Shown here: one piece after another, positions 62,620 to 64,000 of the stretch
Position numbering within the stretch: the first letter of the stretch is position 1
How the letters are laid out: each line of letters opens with the position of its first letter
NCBI GenBank assembly: GCA_973851085.1
Contig: OZ316775.1
Location: forward strand, 18,910,001 to 18,974,000
Direction of reading: 5' to 3'
Length of the DNA stretch: 64,000 bases
DNA from: Ptychomitrium polyphyllum
Lineage: Eukaryota
Translations under genes and position numbers: made by a program
Notes under the pieces: generated by a model
Told to the model about the DNA's origin: nothing
Seen by the model: the letters and a program-made list of their open reading frames with translations, nothing else
The model's database searches: none

Positions 62620-64000
62620 TAGAGAGGCCTGACGAAGCCACTTGATATGCTAGCAAGTTGGGAAAAACATTGGACAATCACAGTTTGCTTTCCAGTAGTA
62701 CTGAAAGAGTTCTGTAAGAGGTGACAAATTACTACACTTTGACATCCGTTTCTGATCACTTGAAGCCATGTGAAAGATTACTATCACCAAATATTCCACA
62801 AAAGTTTTGCATTACTGTTTCTGGACAAGGTGCTCGTCAGGACTCTGATTTGGTGGTTTACAATGGCGGCGAGTAATCAGAGCAACAACAATGTATGTGA
62901 GCAATCGCCTGGTTTCCCAACCATGATGCTTCTTTTTCTTCACAAGGCTACATGGTCAAACACCTGATGTTGCTTGACAGGATTGCAAACTGGAGTAGAC
63001 TTGAATGAGAGACGTGGAAATCACCCGCGTCTAGCATTTCCTTTCTCTCGTCAGTAGTATGCAAGTGGAATTGATGACAGTGTAGTGCTCTTGAATGTGC
63101 TACTCGGACCAGAAGTTGCAGTTGCTAACGATCCGTTGAGTTTCTGTTGATGTCGTTCAGAATTTAGTATCGACTTTCCAAATTATAAAATGTGCAAAGA
63201 GGGTGTCTGAGGAAAGATTTAGGGGTTATCTTTGTTCTGTTCTGCCTCGGTGCTTTGCAATAGGCTCCTGTGGGAAGTGAAGATCTTCTGGCATTTGAGG
63301 ATTGCGACAACAAGGCCGAGGTCATAGTTGCTTACTGTCCTCTCAACGTGATTTGAACACGAAGATGTCTGTCGCTGCTGAATGGTCAACCCTGTTCCAG
63401 GCAGCTGCTGCATCCCCTCCACATCTTCGTCGAACCCATCGAAGACCGCACTGTCTGTCCATGCAGTGGTCTCTAATAAGATGGCGATGAAAACATACGA
63501 CAGTGATATATATCATAACTGAAAAATGGCAGGCAGCGTAGTGTGTCCGTAAGGTTATGCTCACTTACAACATATTCTGTTGGTGCCATATTCATAACAG
63601 ATTATATTTCACTGGACATCATTGTTTATCTGCTTCACTCATCATCCTTCCTGCGACCGACACAACGCATATCTACATTGAAAATGTCATGTTCGCCATT
63701 GACGTCGAGTACTTATCTGAATCTTGAGCTGATGAGTGGCTGATCTGTGCTTGGCTGCATGTGGCTGGAATTAAAGCCTCAGCACCCCTCAATTTCTACC
63801 AACTACTCTCATCGACCCTCATGCACCAGCAAGCTCCCCGCGAACTTCATTGTCATAGCGCACTCGTACCTTCTCCGATGACCTTCAACCACAAACACAT
63901 ACCGACATATCAGAGTCGCAGCGGTGAGCTTCATCTGCATCATGGCCATGTCCATGTCTAGACATACTCTCGAACCGGTTTGGAAGACAGGACAAGCGAA

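Noticed and set aside
63219..64000. Possible 3' exons of a minus-strand gene entering from the right edge
   Set aside because: No consistent exon chain or recognisable domain could be built.

Overview
Eukaryotic, intron-rich plant DNA. The gene content and the Tcn1-like chromovirus suggest a moss such as Physcomitrium patens (inference). Bases 1835-14642 hold two nested, degenerate copies of one Ty3/gypsy chromovirus family. A full-length + strand copy (5916-12392) is inserted into pol of an older - strand copy (1835-14642). The element has no tRNA primer-binding site; instead its PBS is complementary to the predicted 5' end of its own transcript (Tf1-type self-priming). It also shows a -1 frameshift site with a predicted pseudoknot, an extra 152-codon ORF after the chromodomain integrase, and variable-number palindromic repeats in the LTR. 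The two otherwise diverged copies share a ~940-bp near-identical gag tract, which points to gene conversion. The rest of the window is gene space: a TM9SF/EMP70 protein, an OVATE family protein, chlorophyll b reductase NYC1, ERH, an apparently disabled biotin-protein ligase, two kinase pseudogene fragments, an orphan ORF, a plastidic glucose transporter-like MFS gene and an ABC1 atypical kinase. A small foldback element occurs twice. All alignments and exon boundaries were read by eye.
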